Shown: piece after piece, positions 13,771 through 25,963 of the stretch
Layout: the number at the start of each line of letters is the position of its first letter
Position numbering within the stretch: position 1 is the first letter of the stretch
NCBI GenBank assembly: GCA_029953675.1
Contig: JAMWBK010000003.1
Span: 1,426,001 to 1,490,000 of the forward strand
Source: Rhodosorus marinus CCMP1338
Lineage: Eukaryota; Plantae; Rhodophyta
DNA: 64,000 nt
Reading direction: 5' to 3'
Made by a program: the position numbers and the translations under genes
The notes under the pieces: generated by a model
The model's database searches: none
What the model was told of the DNA's origin: nothing
Seen by the model: only the letters and a program-made list of their open reading frames with translations

Positions 13771-14667
13771 TAGGGTTGTCATCTCCATCCGATAAAAACA
13801 CGACCGATTGCGTCCGATATCGGACCTTTATCTAGTAACAATAGAAACTATTTTTGTGGATCCTGTCCTATATGAGTTGATTAGACCTGAATATAAAAGC
13901 AAAAAGGGTCTTTGTCCGATAAATGGTCCGATACGACCGATTGCGTCCGATATTTTTGAATGATCTTTTCACCGTTTTCGGTGCATGGTCATTTGCCGAC
14001 TCGACTAAGGTTTGATTTTCATCGATGCGCGAGGTTATGATGGATGTGTTGGGCCCAGAAGGCCATTCGGGATCATCATCATCGTCCCCGGGCGGGTACT
14101 CCGTTGGTAGAGCAGTATCGTAGGTAGTTAGTAGATAACCGGTGCGTAGTAGCGTAGACAATTGTATTGTGATTGAACTGGATCGTATGACCGTGGACTA
14201 CCCGATCGAGTACTTACGAGTTGTAAGTTACTCGGGCACGTTAGGGATCAATACCGGAGGGGCCGGTTCTGGGGAAAATTGGGGGGAGTCCAATTCTGTG
14301 AACACGGTGGGATCCCAAAAGTGGTTTTTGCCTGCTCAACCAATGCTATGACAGCCTGTCGAGTTCAGAAGTAATCATGATTCATTGCGTGATAATGGCA
14401 GCTTGCTACCGCGAGAAGTAATCATGATTCATGGTATGCTGTGAGAGTTTGTCATCCCAAAAAGTAATGATGATTCAATATCTGAACTGGAGATGATTGA
14501 CTACTAGACTAACGTTGATTGAATATCGGACAATTTATCGGACCTGTTTTTTCGTAGACTTTTAATCACATACCCCTTATTTGTATACTGTTTTTCAATA
14601 GTCTATAAACGTCAAAAATTATCCCTACCGTCCAATAAACTTTATCGGACGGCACATGACAACCTTA
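13771..14667. mobile_element. Non-autonomous DNA transposon (hAT-like MITE), ~897 bp
   Basis: Left end TAGGGTTGTCAT..TCCGATAAA. Right end reverse-complemented is TAAGGTTGTCAT..TCCGATAAA (first 12 bp 11/12 identical). TTTAAGG duplicated at 13764-13770 and 14668-14674. Subterminal TCCGATA occurs five times forward on the left and three times inverted on the right. No transposase ORF. Confidence 0.75.
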
Positions 14668-16083
14668 TTTAAGGAAAACATAGGCTACGAGTCAAATGTA
14701 AATTAAAACCAGATCGGCTAGAACTAGAATAGTTGTCTATTTCTTGCCTAATTCAGAACATACTGGTCCGAAATTTAGTCCACTCAACTCATGATTGATT
14801 ACACCATAGAAATGCCGGCCTTCTCGTTTCCGGTGGTGTAAGGCGGCAGAGTAAATGTGCATCTTTTCAAACATATGATATGTTTTATAATTATCCGCTC
14901 TTTTAGAAAATTGAATTCGTAGCTAGAGAAGGTCTAGGCATCCTCATTGGATGCAGATGACTTCGTGCCGGGTCCACAAACCGTCGGAATTTTGGGTTCG
15001 TGATTGGTGAAGGAGGCGGTGTTGAATTAGTGGCATCAAGCATCGATCCAGATGGATACAGAACTTGCTAGACGACATCCAGGAAGGTTACTGTGTAAGG
15101 GATGAACTCTACCGTTTGCTTTGGAAATAGATCCTGCATGTCCATCCAGTAGGGTGGGTGGAACACGCATCTCACGTCATTTGCGGCGTAGAGCGTTGGG
15201 GAATATGAGTGTTCTTTTTAGCTCCAAAGGACGACATCTTGAACCTTTGATAAAGTAGAAACTGTCCATGCCTGTTTCGTTTTTCAGGGGTGGACTCGAG
15301 AAGGAAGAAATTTAGATGGTGCGAATGGGGACAAACCGAACTCGATTATAATTGTCTTTTGCGTTGCGGTGCTTATGGGAGACATGATTGGAGTGGGCGA
15401 AGCCGCTAAATGCAACAAACCTCCACAATTCCTCTACAAACTTACCCAGCAAAAGCAGCAAGCGTATGGAGCAACCCCAGGATTAGATGTGAGGACGCCG
15501 AACCAAGTAGAGAGGGTCAATGGTCGAGATGTAATTCCGTTCTCAACTCGGAAGCGGCATCGTCTTCGTCCCAGCCGACTACTTCCACAGGTGGTGGTCG
15601 TCGTGCACGACGGGAGAAGTGCAATAGGAGCGTGCTGTCAGGAGAGCAACAAGCTCTTTTGTCCCCTGAGAAGATCTGCATGACTCACGCGTGCCATGAA
15701 CGGCCGCTTGTTCTACTCAAATCTGGAAACCCTTTTACACTCGAACAGCGGGGACTTTTCAACAAACTCGCAACACACGGCTTTGTTCATTTCATGTCTT
15801 ATATTCAAAATTCCTATTCTCTATCCAATCTGCAAAAGTCCAATCGTGGTAGTTCGTCAAAATCTATATATAATGTATAATAGGCAGGTCAACGCTGTAC
15901 AACGGTTTCGGTTGGATGATGCTCTGCACCACCTCATCTGAATCCGAATTTAGGCAAGGAAAAATCTCTGGACCCAACCAAACAATAAGAATATCAGCCC
16001 CACATCGGATGATACCCATTGGTGCGCCGTACATAAGAGACATCAGAATCACAGTGACGCTCTGAGCTCAGTATATGTATGAG

Positions 16084-16965
16084 CTACCAAAACAAGGGCT
16101 CCCTGACCGACGCATTCAGGATATCCTCACTGGACCTGGAAAAAAGTACATCTCGCTCCAGCAGGCTCTCGAGATTATCATCTCCGCAGTCACTAACATC
16201 GACATTCATACCCGCGAATCCCATGGCGCTGCAATCGTTCAACGGAAGTGAGTCCAATATCTCGCCGAAGAGAGCATCTCCCGAGAGCTCGGAGCCCTCG
16301 CATTCCACTGGTGAATCATCAACGGGCTTTGGAGGTGCCTCCACATCATTCTCGACCTTTGCGGGGAAGGCCTTAGGCTTTGCTTCAATGTCCTTGCGTT
16401 CCGCACTCTTCTCCACTTGTGATCTATGCATAGTTGTCTTCATCTTCTTCGCGCCTTCTACCTCGGAACTTGCAGTATTCTTCCTCTTCCTTCGGCCCCT
16501 CTTCCCATTCGCAGCTTTGAAAGCATGTGACTTCTTGTGCATGGCCAGACTAGACCTCCACTTGAAGCTTCTGCTGCAGTTCTTTTCGAGGCACATGTAC
16601 GGGGCGCTTCCAGTGTGAAACCTTTCGTGCTCCCTAAGCCCCGGAGCGGAGGAGAAAACCTTCCCGCATCCCTCTGATGAACACGGAAAACTTTTCTCCT
16701 GTACGGCTCCTTCAGCTTTCTGGGGGAGATTTCCACCGAGAACATCGTCTCCAGTGGCAAGCTGTCCCTCTCCAACCTTTTCCGTTGTCCGGTACCCGCT
16801 AACCCGAGTCGCAATAGAAAACCATTCGGCCGGTATGGCTTTCCTTGGTCGCGCTAGTTGCTGAAACTCGGGCGTCATGGGACTGCATGGTACCATATTC
16901 GTTCCTCCAGAACCGAGAGCAGAGTTCTGCATGTGAACTAAGCCCCGACCCTCCTCCCTCAACAT
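16084..16965 (-). CDS. Two-finger C2H2 zinc-finger transcription factor
   Basis: Intronless 293-aa ORF with FPCSSEGCGKVFSSAPGLREHERFH-TGSAP-YMCLEKNCSRSFKWRSSLAMHKKSH, followed by a basic NLS-like KRGRRKRK. Confidence 0.9.
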   Translation of the reverse strand: MLREEGRGLVHMQNSALGSGGTNMVPCSPMTPEFQQLARPRKAIPAEWFSIATRVSGYRTTEKVGEGQLATGDDVLGGNLPQKAEGAVQEKSFPCSSEGCGKVFSSAPGLREHERFHTGSAPYMCLEKNCSRSFKWRSSLAMHKKSHAFKAANGKRGRRKRKNTASSEVEGAKKMKTTMHRSQVEKSAERKDIEAKPKAFPAKVENDVEAPPKPVDDSPVECEGSELSGDALFGEILDSLPLNDCSAMGFAGMNVDVSDCGDDNLESLLERDVLFSRSSEDILNASVREPLFW

Positions 16966-19867
16966 CCTTTCCCTTCAAACTCCACAATCAACCCTCTACT
17001 TGTTCCTCTCGCTTGACCCTCCCTTGTATGCACAACCAACGCCTTCCAGCACTGCAACGCAAGACAAGGTAAGCGACTCTACCCTCTTATACGCTCACCA
17101 TGAAAGGAAACGTATACGGCTTCTGTCAAAGGCACAAAATAGAACCGACGCTCGAGGCGAAAGTAATCTCAACAAAAAGCCGTCTCCACTTCCCTCTTCA
17201 AACGTTCGCTAGAGTCCGCACCAAAAAAAAAAAAAAATCTGACCCAGAATATCTCAAAATTATCTCAGTTCCTACCAATCAACACTCGTTATACAATTGG
17301 TCTTTCACCATAAGCCAATTATATTCTACAACCGCACAATCTTTCGATTCTACGACTTTCTAGCCAGTCTTCTATTGGCGCATGGACTTGATATTCTTTG
17401 TCCACAAAGCACATTGTATTGATCCTCAGCAATTTTCATGGAATAGGTGCCCCTACTGCATTTTGATGATCTCTTCTGAAATTCTCTATTTTCCCAAAAT
17501 TATTCAAATATCTCACTTCCAAGCTACTCGTAAGGGGGGTTCCGTTGTCTCCAAGGAGCAGGAAAAAAATCTGCTCAATAAATTTTATTCCGATAGGTTG
17601 CACTCAGCATCATCCAATGTTAGATCGAATAGGACGAAATTGATTTCTCCTGCAAATGAAGCTCATGGCTCATAGAGTCATCGCCAAGCTCCTTATGGAA
17701 AGCGCCGAAAGGGAATAAGAAAAAACTTCCAACAATAACTGTCGTAGAACCCTTATGAAAAAAAACAAAAAACAACTCCACTCACCACTAGTACACGTTG
17801 GTTTCCTTAGGACTTGCGCATTATTGGCTCTTGCTATTGTGTTTGTGTGCACGTTTCTTGCTCAGCCGGGGCCGGGAAGGCGTACATATTAATACGATTG
17901 AACTCAGGCTCTTGGATCTGCCCCGAGCTATAAAAATATGACCGATTTTCAGAAAATAGAATGACACGATGAAAAACCCTGCAAGTACTGGGTTCCATCA
18001 AAACCTTGACAATCCTATGGTTTACTTGAAAAACTATCAGGCTTCCTGGGAGAGCCGCGGGATAGGGAAAAAGCGGGTCACAGGATTACGACCATGTATA
18101 TCTGCGCCAAAAAAAACTTTTTCGAAAATTAGTTTTTATTCCAGTCCACGCCGTACTAACTCGTTCTGATTGGATAGTCTCGTGCAATGAGAAAACAAAT
18201 TGTTTCCTGAAAATATTCTTGAATTCTCGCATCCGCATAGATACTACTTTCTACATAGATCTATTTTGGAGCCAAATGGCAGGGTCTTAACTGCAAGCAC
18301 CTCATGTATACGATGTACGTAAGCAGCTATTGATCTCCTTCATACTTGACTCGACATGGAACATGAATACTATAAATAGTTGTGTAGGTGGATTTTTATT
18401 GTATAAATGAGATATACCTTTGGGGTTGATGCTTAAGGTTAGGGCTAGCAAAGTGATGTCATACAGAGGCAGGGTTGCCCCTTGCTTGTGCTACTCCTAT
18501 ATAGCTAACGCGGTCAACATGAATATACCGTCAATTGTCCAGCCGTTGGAGCTTCCCTAGCATGCGTTTCTGCGGGAGCTGCCATTCCTTACTGTGTATC
18601 CCCTCTCCTGTATAATGTATTTGCTCTACGAATTACACTCACAAGTCAAGGGGTTGATCCCGACGCGTGGTCAACAGAAGGTCAGCTAATCGGGGCGATC
18701 ACTAAAATGAATAAAATTTTAAACAACTCAACAGCAAATTCTGTGGAAAAGTTCTCTAAGCTCAGAAACTATTTTTATTTTGGACACGTGGTGTTTCTTA
18801 GTGGCAAGTTCGGTTGAATGATTCAGCTCTTATGAATATTATTCGGAAAAGTACATTTTTTTCACTTCTCAGGAATAAAATTCAATTTATTTCTGTTCGC
18901 CTGAATTTCTATCCCAGACAAAACGAACTTGTTTCGAACACTGTTTTGGTCAATTCTATGAAGGGCGATGTTGAACGACGGTTCGGAACCTGGCTCCACC
19001 GATGGTCATCGACGTAGGGTAGAGGGCAGGCAAGGTATGTTTTGCAAAAACTTCCTCTTGGTTAAACAGCGAGCCGGCTTGGAGGCCGCACAGTTGGAGG
19101 GCGAGCGGCGTTCCAGTTTTCTTAGGGGTAAATTCGAAAGTACTGTTTTGCCCAATGGTTGTGTTCAGCGCATCGGATTTCAGGATGTAGGGACGGACGC
19201 TCCACTGAACCATGGCTCCAAATTCGCATTATTCTGGGAATTCCTCTGTCGGTATTCATGTGACCCTCGACGTCTTTTTTCAACGGGCCGATCAGACATG
19301 GCATCTATTACAAGTGCTAGCCTAATGCATAGATGTATATTCGGATAAATTTAGTAGACCATTTAACTGGTGACTACCGTACTGGCAGGTGTATTGGACC
19401 GGTTGAGGTGATAGGATCTGGTCTTGCAAGATTTTTGTCCACCTCAAAAAAAAATCAGCTGGTTCGTTGTCATAGTGTAACCCATAAAAATAATCTTACT
19501 GAGGTGAAACTATGGATTATCTGAAGTTCAATGAATCGGTTGGATCAGGATTCGATGAACTGCGAATAGGATCTTATCACGTCACCAGGCGTGTCGTCAT
19601 TGGTTGAGTCAGATTTACGCCCTCCGCGAATTTTATTGAGGCGCGAGGGACAGGACGCGCAATACGAGGTTGCCCTAGGTACCCATGCGAAGTGCATCTC
19701 ATGACGACGACGAGCGACCTCCTCGCGGCTGACAACGGGTTGTGCTATTCCATGACCATGTTTCTCGAGAAATCTTCACTGTAGTACGAACAAAGTGTCC
19801 TCCATAGCACAAGCGATTGAACTGAGCGCGATGTTTGCACCGCCTCGATTCTATGCCGTCCTGCAAG

Positions 19868-19924
19868 CGGGTGTGGTGACACAGCCGATACCCCATGACA
19901 CAATCGGCTGTGTCACCACACCCG
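19868..19924. repeat. Perfect 22-bp inverted repeat with 13-nt loop
   Basis: CGGGTGTGGTGACACAGCCGAT (19868-19889) and its exact reverse complement at 19903-19924. Confidence 0.95.
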
Positions 19925-20619
19925 TTCGTTCAGCTTGTCATCGAGGGTGTCGTATTCGTTGAGAGTTCAGACCCGCACAGTTTAGGGCTATTTTCGCTAT
20001 AGTGATGAGGATCACTCGCGTTTCCTCACTCCGTCGAGTTTGATGATGTGGTTAACTGGAAAACGAACAACCCGTGTGAGCGTCCTCAGAGATTAAGAGG
20101 GGGAATTCCAACGCCGCCTCAGTTCTCGAGGCGCGCGTTCTCTCGGTTCAGCCGAGTGCACATTTCAGTGTGCAGTGAATTGAAATGTGCTCTGTGGATT
20201 GGCGCTCTGCGTTGATCAAGTCCTCTGGTATTAAGATCATAAGGGGAGATCCCTGCGCATTCTCATCGTTACAAGTGCGACCCGACTGGAAGGTTCTCAA
20301 CAAATCACGTTACCAAAGGGACTGCCAGCAAGTCAAGGACATCAAAATCGTTACAAAAAAAACAAGGCACGAATTAGTTTGAAGTTGAGGGTTAGGCCTG
20401 GTTCGCAGCCGCGAAACACCTGCTTTTTTTTAACTGATTAGCGATCCGACTCGTCCTCTCACTAAACTGCTAAAATGTATACATCCGCTTCCATTTCCGC
20501 AGCCCCATGCCGAGCGAATGAGACGCAATAAGCAACCCAACGATTCATCCATGCACTCGTTCAGGCAGAACGTGGAAAACCGTCACGAGGAAACCCGCTC
20601 ACCTCCAGACGCAAAGTTG

Positions 20620-20679
20620 TTTTCATTTTGTTTTGTACAGTTTTCGAAATTCTTTTCATTTTGTTTTGTACAGTTTTCG
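20620..20679. repeat. 27-bp perfect direct repeat, period 33
   Basis: TTTTCATTTTGTTTTGTACAGTTTTCG at 20620-20646 and 20653-20679. Confidence 0.95.
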
Positions 20680-22966
20680 TTGTAGCCTCAACTCCTAATC
20701 CCCATCCAGAACTCCAGATATAGCCCCCCAACCCGAACAGCCCTGAGAGCAATCCCTGAACTTTTCTTTTGAGACCACTCACAAACCTTGCAAGATTCAA
20801 CATAGTTTTACTCAGGAAGGTAAACAAAAACCAATTTCTTACTTTCCAACGAAAACGAAAAAACAAACTTTACCATGGGCAACTGCGCCCCCCCTCCCGG
20901 TCCCCGTGAACCGCTGACTGCACTACCAATAATTATAGAAAAATATACGTACATACCAACCCCCCCCCCCCTCCCCCAAGGGCACACCAGGCCAAGGCGC
21001 ACCAAACCAGCGGCAAACCAGGCCAGGGGCACACCAGGCCAAAGGCACCATACACCATCAACTAATCTCCCCGACCCCGGGGCAGCATGTCTTGTTGTAC
21101 CTGTAAACAGGACATGGTCTTGCTTATAAACAACCAGCACCAACATGAAATACTCCAAAATCAATATATACTACGTAAACAAATAGTTTTTCGTAAACAA
21201 AAGTTTTCTCAGCTAAGAAGAATACTGATTTTCCACTGTTTTTGGAAGCTGTTCTCGCTCGTCGTCGTAATAGAATTATTTTTCTATTAGAAAGGAAAAT
21301 GGACCCTACCTCAAATTCCAGAAATCGATGAAATTGGGTATATGCTTAAATAGTTCATGAAAATGAACGATTTTTTTGGGTTTTTCATATCAAAAGTAGG
21401 TTCTTTCCAGATGTTGAAAGATCCTCGCGTTCATGGTTTGTTCCTTGTTTAAGCCGCCGTAATATACAGCTGGTAAAAAACAGATCACAAAAAGGTTCTA
21501 AGGAACAACTCCAACCATTCAGCTCGCTGCATTGGGATGCTGAGTGGTTGGAATTGTTTCTTGGAACTTTTTTACTAACAGTATACTGAGATAAATCTCT
21601 TAGCCTTTCTCGCCGTGGCGCCCATTCCCGCAACTGTTTTGCGGATAGGTGGGCTGTGTTCAAATCTCGGAAACCCTCTTTCTTCGCAACCGATGGACAA
21701 GAACAATCCCGTTTCCGCGAACTCCGCCCCCCCCCACAAAAAAAGAATCTCCCAAGCGATTCGATGGTCAAAAAGGCTCAAAGCCGAAACTCGATGGAAG
21801 GAATCCCCTGAAGAATATACGAACTGTCCAAATAATGGCTGCACACTCCTCGCTCGCCCTCCTTGAAGAATTCTTGACAGTCTGTTCTTTTCTCACTGAT
21901 TCTGAAGAAGCGCAAGAATCCAAGGTCTCATAGCCGATTCCCCCTCACGGTACACCTCAGATCGCGACGAACGGCTAGTGCTCGGTTGTTTGGCTAGCCA
22001 GGACAAATGTGTTTGGTACTGATCAACTGATCCGTTTATTCAGATCAGCTACTGTGGGGGATGTAAAACCCCGAAGTTTTAATTAAATCGGCGTTGCAGT
22101 TTTCCGTGGCTCGGGGGACTCATGAGTGTACTCTGTCCTTGATTGGGATGCGCTTATGCCCTTGAGTCAAACTCTATGTCTTGGAAGAGGAAGTCGTCCA
22201 TAGCTTTCAACTCTCGAGCGCCTGCGCACCAGGAGTCGGGCACGTGCCAAATCGTCCCCAGGGCAGTTTACTGGAAATTTTGTTGCTTCCGTCGCAGAAA
22301 GATTTTCTTACGAGGTCCCTGGTGCCTTGCCATCGGCGACCGAGGACGTGGAAATCTTTTGGAACCTGTGCTGTGCACGGTTTTGAAATATCGCGTTGCT
22401 TACGTCTCTTAGACGTAAACGAATTCTGAAGCTTGCGTAAAACATATGGGTGACACGTAATTGCACCGCGGTTCAGATACTGGCAAATACTAGAAAAATT
22501 TTCAGCGGGCATTACGCCAGTCTGCTTAGGAACCAGCTAGTTGGACCGGCCAGTAGAAGTCTGACGAAGTTCGCTACATCATAGGAGATGCGTGATCTCA
22601 CTATGGTCAGATGTGTTGTATGACTCTTCGTGCGATTCTGGTATAGCGATTGGAGAACGACTACCGAATATGCTCATTTGCCTGGGTGGAACCAGCATCG
22701 GAACTTCAGCTGCCCGAATCTGGAAACAGGATGGAGTCCAACACCTGATGCTCTCACCGAAGAAATCTCAACATTTAAACTACGTAGTAGATAATGTACT
22801 CGTAGATTCGGCTCTTCGCTCTAGTTGTAGTATTGCTTGGTTGCAAAAAGCGCTCTCCGCAAATTTCTGCTATGGAGGGATTCGAACCGGGCACGAGCCG
22901 GCACGGATAGGTATTTTAACCAATGCTTCGGTCGTTTATTTTGTTGTTAGTAAAAAAAAAGTGTGG

Positions 22967-25963
22967 TTAAATGCTAATGCTGTCGTAGCTGTGAATTCGC
23001 TGTTGCAACTGAAGTAGACGATCCTGCAGCGCGGCCTCTCGCACCCTTGCTGCCTTAACCTCCTTTTCCAGTTCAGAGACAGTTTTCAACCTAGGACGAT
23101 TCCCGTCCCGTGGGTCGGATCGAGAATCCCCCTGAACCTGCTTCTGCCTCTGCTCGGCTTGCTTGTGCTTCTGCTCGGCCGATTTCTGTTTCTGAAGGTC
23201 ACCCTTCGCCTGTACGTGGTTCTTTCGTCCACCACTTGGTACCTTCTTCGTTTGCTGCTGCACAGTATCGGCATGCTTTCGGCTAGAGTCTACGATGACT
23301 TTTCGTTTGGATTCCGGCTTCTCCAACGCTGTGCTCTTCTGGGACGCTGTGGACCGACCTTCAAAACCAGCTCCAGAGCTCACTGACTTAGCAGGAAAGT
23401 TCTTCGATGCATCGTCTAACTGCTCTCTTTCCTCCCGCTCTGCCATTTGGAAGAGACTAATAGGATCTATCGTAACACCAAAACCTGGAGGGCCGTCATA
23501 CACTTCCACTTGTTCTGGTGTTCGAGTCACGCTCCCAGTCAGAGTCGAGGAAGGTTGCCCACCATTTGATTCGACAGCAGCTGAGCGAAAATCGCTTCCT
23601 GTGGTAGTTCGGCTTACAGTGTTGCCGTTGGTAGCCACGTGTCCATGAGCATTTGCACCCCCAGAGGACATGCCTTGAGCGAACCCAAAACGCGAACGAT
23701 TCCTGTCTCGGGTCGACACTTGAGGACTCAAAGGTGCCTCTTGAACCCGTGCTGACCAAACCTCTCCAGATGCCAACGTGTCCTCGATACCAAGCATTTT
23801 CCCCAACCGCTGCAAGACATCGTCAAGCTCGTCGTTCGCCTCCTCTGGCACGGCGCCCGCGGTCATGGAAGATTGAACTCCTCCACTGTTCCTACAGTTC
23901 TCAAACCCGGGGGGTGGAGGATTGGCAGAATCCGCTGAGCTCCACATCGTACCAGGCGCTCTATCTCTGTTCTCCCTCTGTGCAGAAGACAAGTTTTCAG
24001 CTTGTGGAGGAACCCCCCGACGCTCAGCAGCTGGTACCTGCATGAAACGGCTTGTAGCTGGTGCCGACTGCTTCCTTCTGGTTTCTTCTGTTGGTGGCGC
24101 TACTCCAGTATCCTCGGAGAGAGGTTCCACGTAGGCTTCTCGGGTCGTACCCAATCTCTCGTACTCACGGGAATTTCTTTCCTCCAGAGGGTGTAAATCG
24201 CTCACATGGTTGCCCTTGTCAGCACTGGCGTGCCCGCTCTGAGATCTCTCTTCGATCTCACCTGACAGAAACGACCGGCCGGGGTGAAACTGCTCGTCTG
24301 CTGACAACAATGTCCCTTGCGCAAAATAACATCCATCGCCGCCGCGGGACGATGTACCGCGACCACTGCGCAAATGGCCATGGGACGTACCATGAGCTCC
24401 ATTCATTCCTGCGACTGTGCCAATGCCATTTGATCCATCCACGGCGGCACCGGCAACAAAGTTAACTCCACGGATTTCCTGTCCAATGCTCGTCCCGTTC
24501 GGGGCTGTTGTGTTTGCCATTCGACTGATTCCTCGGTTCCCATCAACGAGCGAACTTCCGTTCATTGCCCCACGCAGTGCCATTCCCTTGGCTGAATTCG
24601 TACCAAACGATTGAATCACAGGGACATTGCGCATCCCGCTGGCATTGCTCGGAGGCTGCTCCCCGAGTCCAGAGCTCGGCCCAGACGCTACTACCTTCGC
24701 ACCATACTGAGGGGCTGGTCGGGAGCTTGTGCCTGGACCACCGCTTATTCTCGGACCCACATATCCCCCTCCAACGCCTTGGACCACTCCTTGGACCGCG
24801 GGTTGGATTGCGCCTTGGATACCCCGCTCCCTTCCAACCGATTGAAACAGGTTCTGAGGTGGTGGGGGTCCCAGCTGATTGGACAGCACTTCCTCGCGCG
24901 TTAGAACGTCCTCGGGAGGTGCAGGTTCGTGCCTGTGGAGGCAACTCATGTTCCCACAGAACATAGGAACTCCTGCAGCAGCGGAAGAAACCAGGGGAGA
25001 AAACGACAACAAATCAGGCTCAGAAACGTTGTCATCTTTCGCAAGAAACAAGTCAAACTACGAAACGCGTGCGTTGTAATTCGTGTGCCAATACAAGGCT
25101 CTCGTACCAGCCCGAACAAAAGCATCACAGTACTTCGTTGTAGCTATAGCCAGCTGGAGTTCCCGCCCGTCGAACACGTCCCCGTTCAGGGACCTTACCG
25201 CTTGAGAAGCGTCGGAATCTCTGGCAAACTGTACATATGCAGACAAACTTGGCCCTCCGGGTGCATCAGGATTATAAGCAGTTGTTCTATTAACTAGAAC
25301 GAACAGGATTCTCCCAAATCGACCAAAGATTTCATTCCTCCTCAAGGTCTCCTCCCGGGCAAGGTTCAACGAAAGCCCGATAACATATACCATATTTCTT
25401 TGTACAATCCTTGCATGCTTCAAGTTCATTCGAGCCTTTTGTTCAGTTGCAACCGCAACCCTGACACGCTCCTTTTCTAGTTCTCGTTGTTTCATGCGTC
25501 GCTCCCTTTCCCTCTTTGCTTCGGCTCGCTTCCGGGCGAGCTTCGCGGCCTCTTCCCTATCCACCTCACTGATCTCAAATTTCTCCTCCTCGTACGGTGT
25601 TCGACAAGCCGGGCACCTGCTGTTATGCTCCGCTCTGATAGTATGGAGACAGTACAGGCAAATCTTGCGATTGCACAGTGTACAGGAGTCACATTATATC
25701 AAAGCGCAGTAGACGAGAGATTGTCAGTGTGGAGAATCTCAAAACTCAACGCAGCACCACAAGACAAACTGCTTCTGAAGCTAGCGCTGGGGATGTACTC
25801 TCCCGTTTCGAATACTGTCAACACACTTTCAAGTTAGAATCCGCACCTGATAGCCGCAGCGGCAAGCCCTGACTGCCAAATCCGTTGCATCGAGCTCCTC
25901 CATACATAGAGGGCAGGATGGGACGTCCTCGTCAGAGCTCGGGTACGCATCGATGGCTGCCAT
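22967..25963 (-). CDS. CNOT4: CCR4-NOT E3 ligase subunit NOT4/CNOT4 (3 exons)
   Basis: C4C4 RING CPLCMEELDATD...CRCGYQ|ICLYC...CPACR. RRM with VQRNMVYVIGL...SAYVQF. Then TTKYCDAFVRAG|VPMFCGNMSCLHRHE (C3H-type finger) and a long low-complexity C-terminus. Introns about 25846-25664 and 25107 to about 24967. Confidence 0.92.

Noticed and set aside
14367-14477. Call as a true CRISPR array
   Set aside because: Eukaryotic intron-containing context, only three 18-bp repeats, no cas genes, and located inside a TIR element.
19990-20140. TNNPCERPQRLRGEFQRR, resembling a MULE/IS256 transposase C-terminal motif
   Set aside because: Only a few residues match, and no DDE core, TIRs or TSD were found.
22865-22940. 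tRNA-like GGTTCGAATCCC on the minus strand
   Set aside because: The T-stem does not pair beyond 2 bp, and no acceptor stem or anticodon arm can be built.
22592-23017. 141-aa plus-strand ORF overlapping the CNOT4 3' end
   Set aside because: GTG start, no recognisable motif, and antisense overlap; probably spurious.
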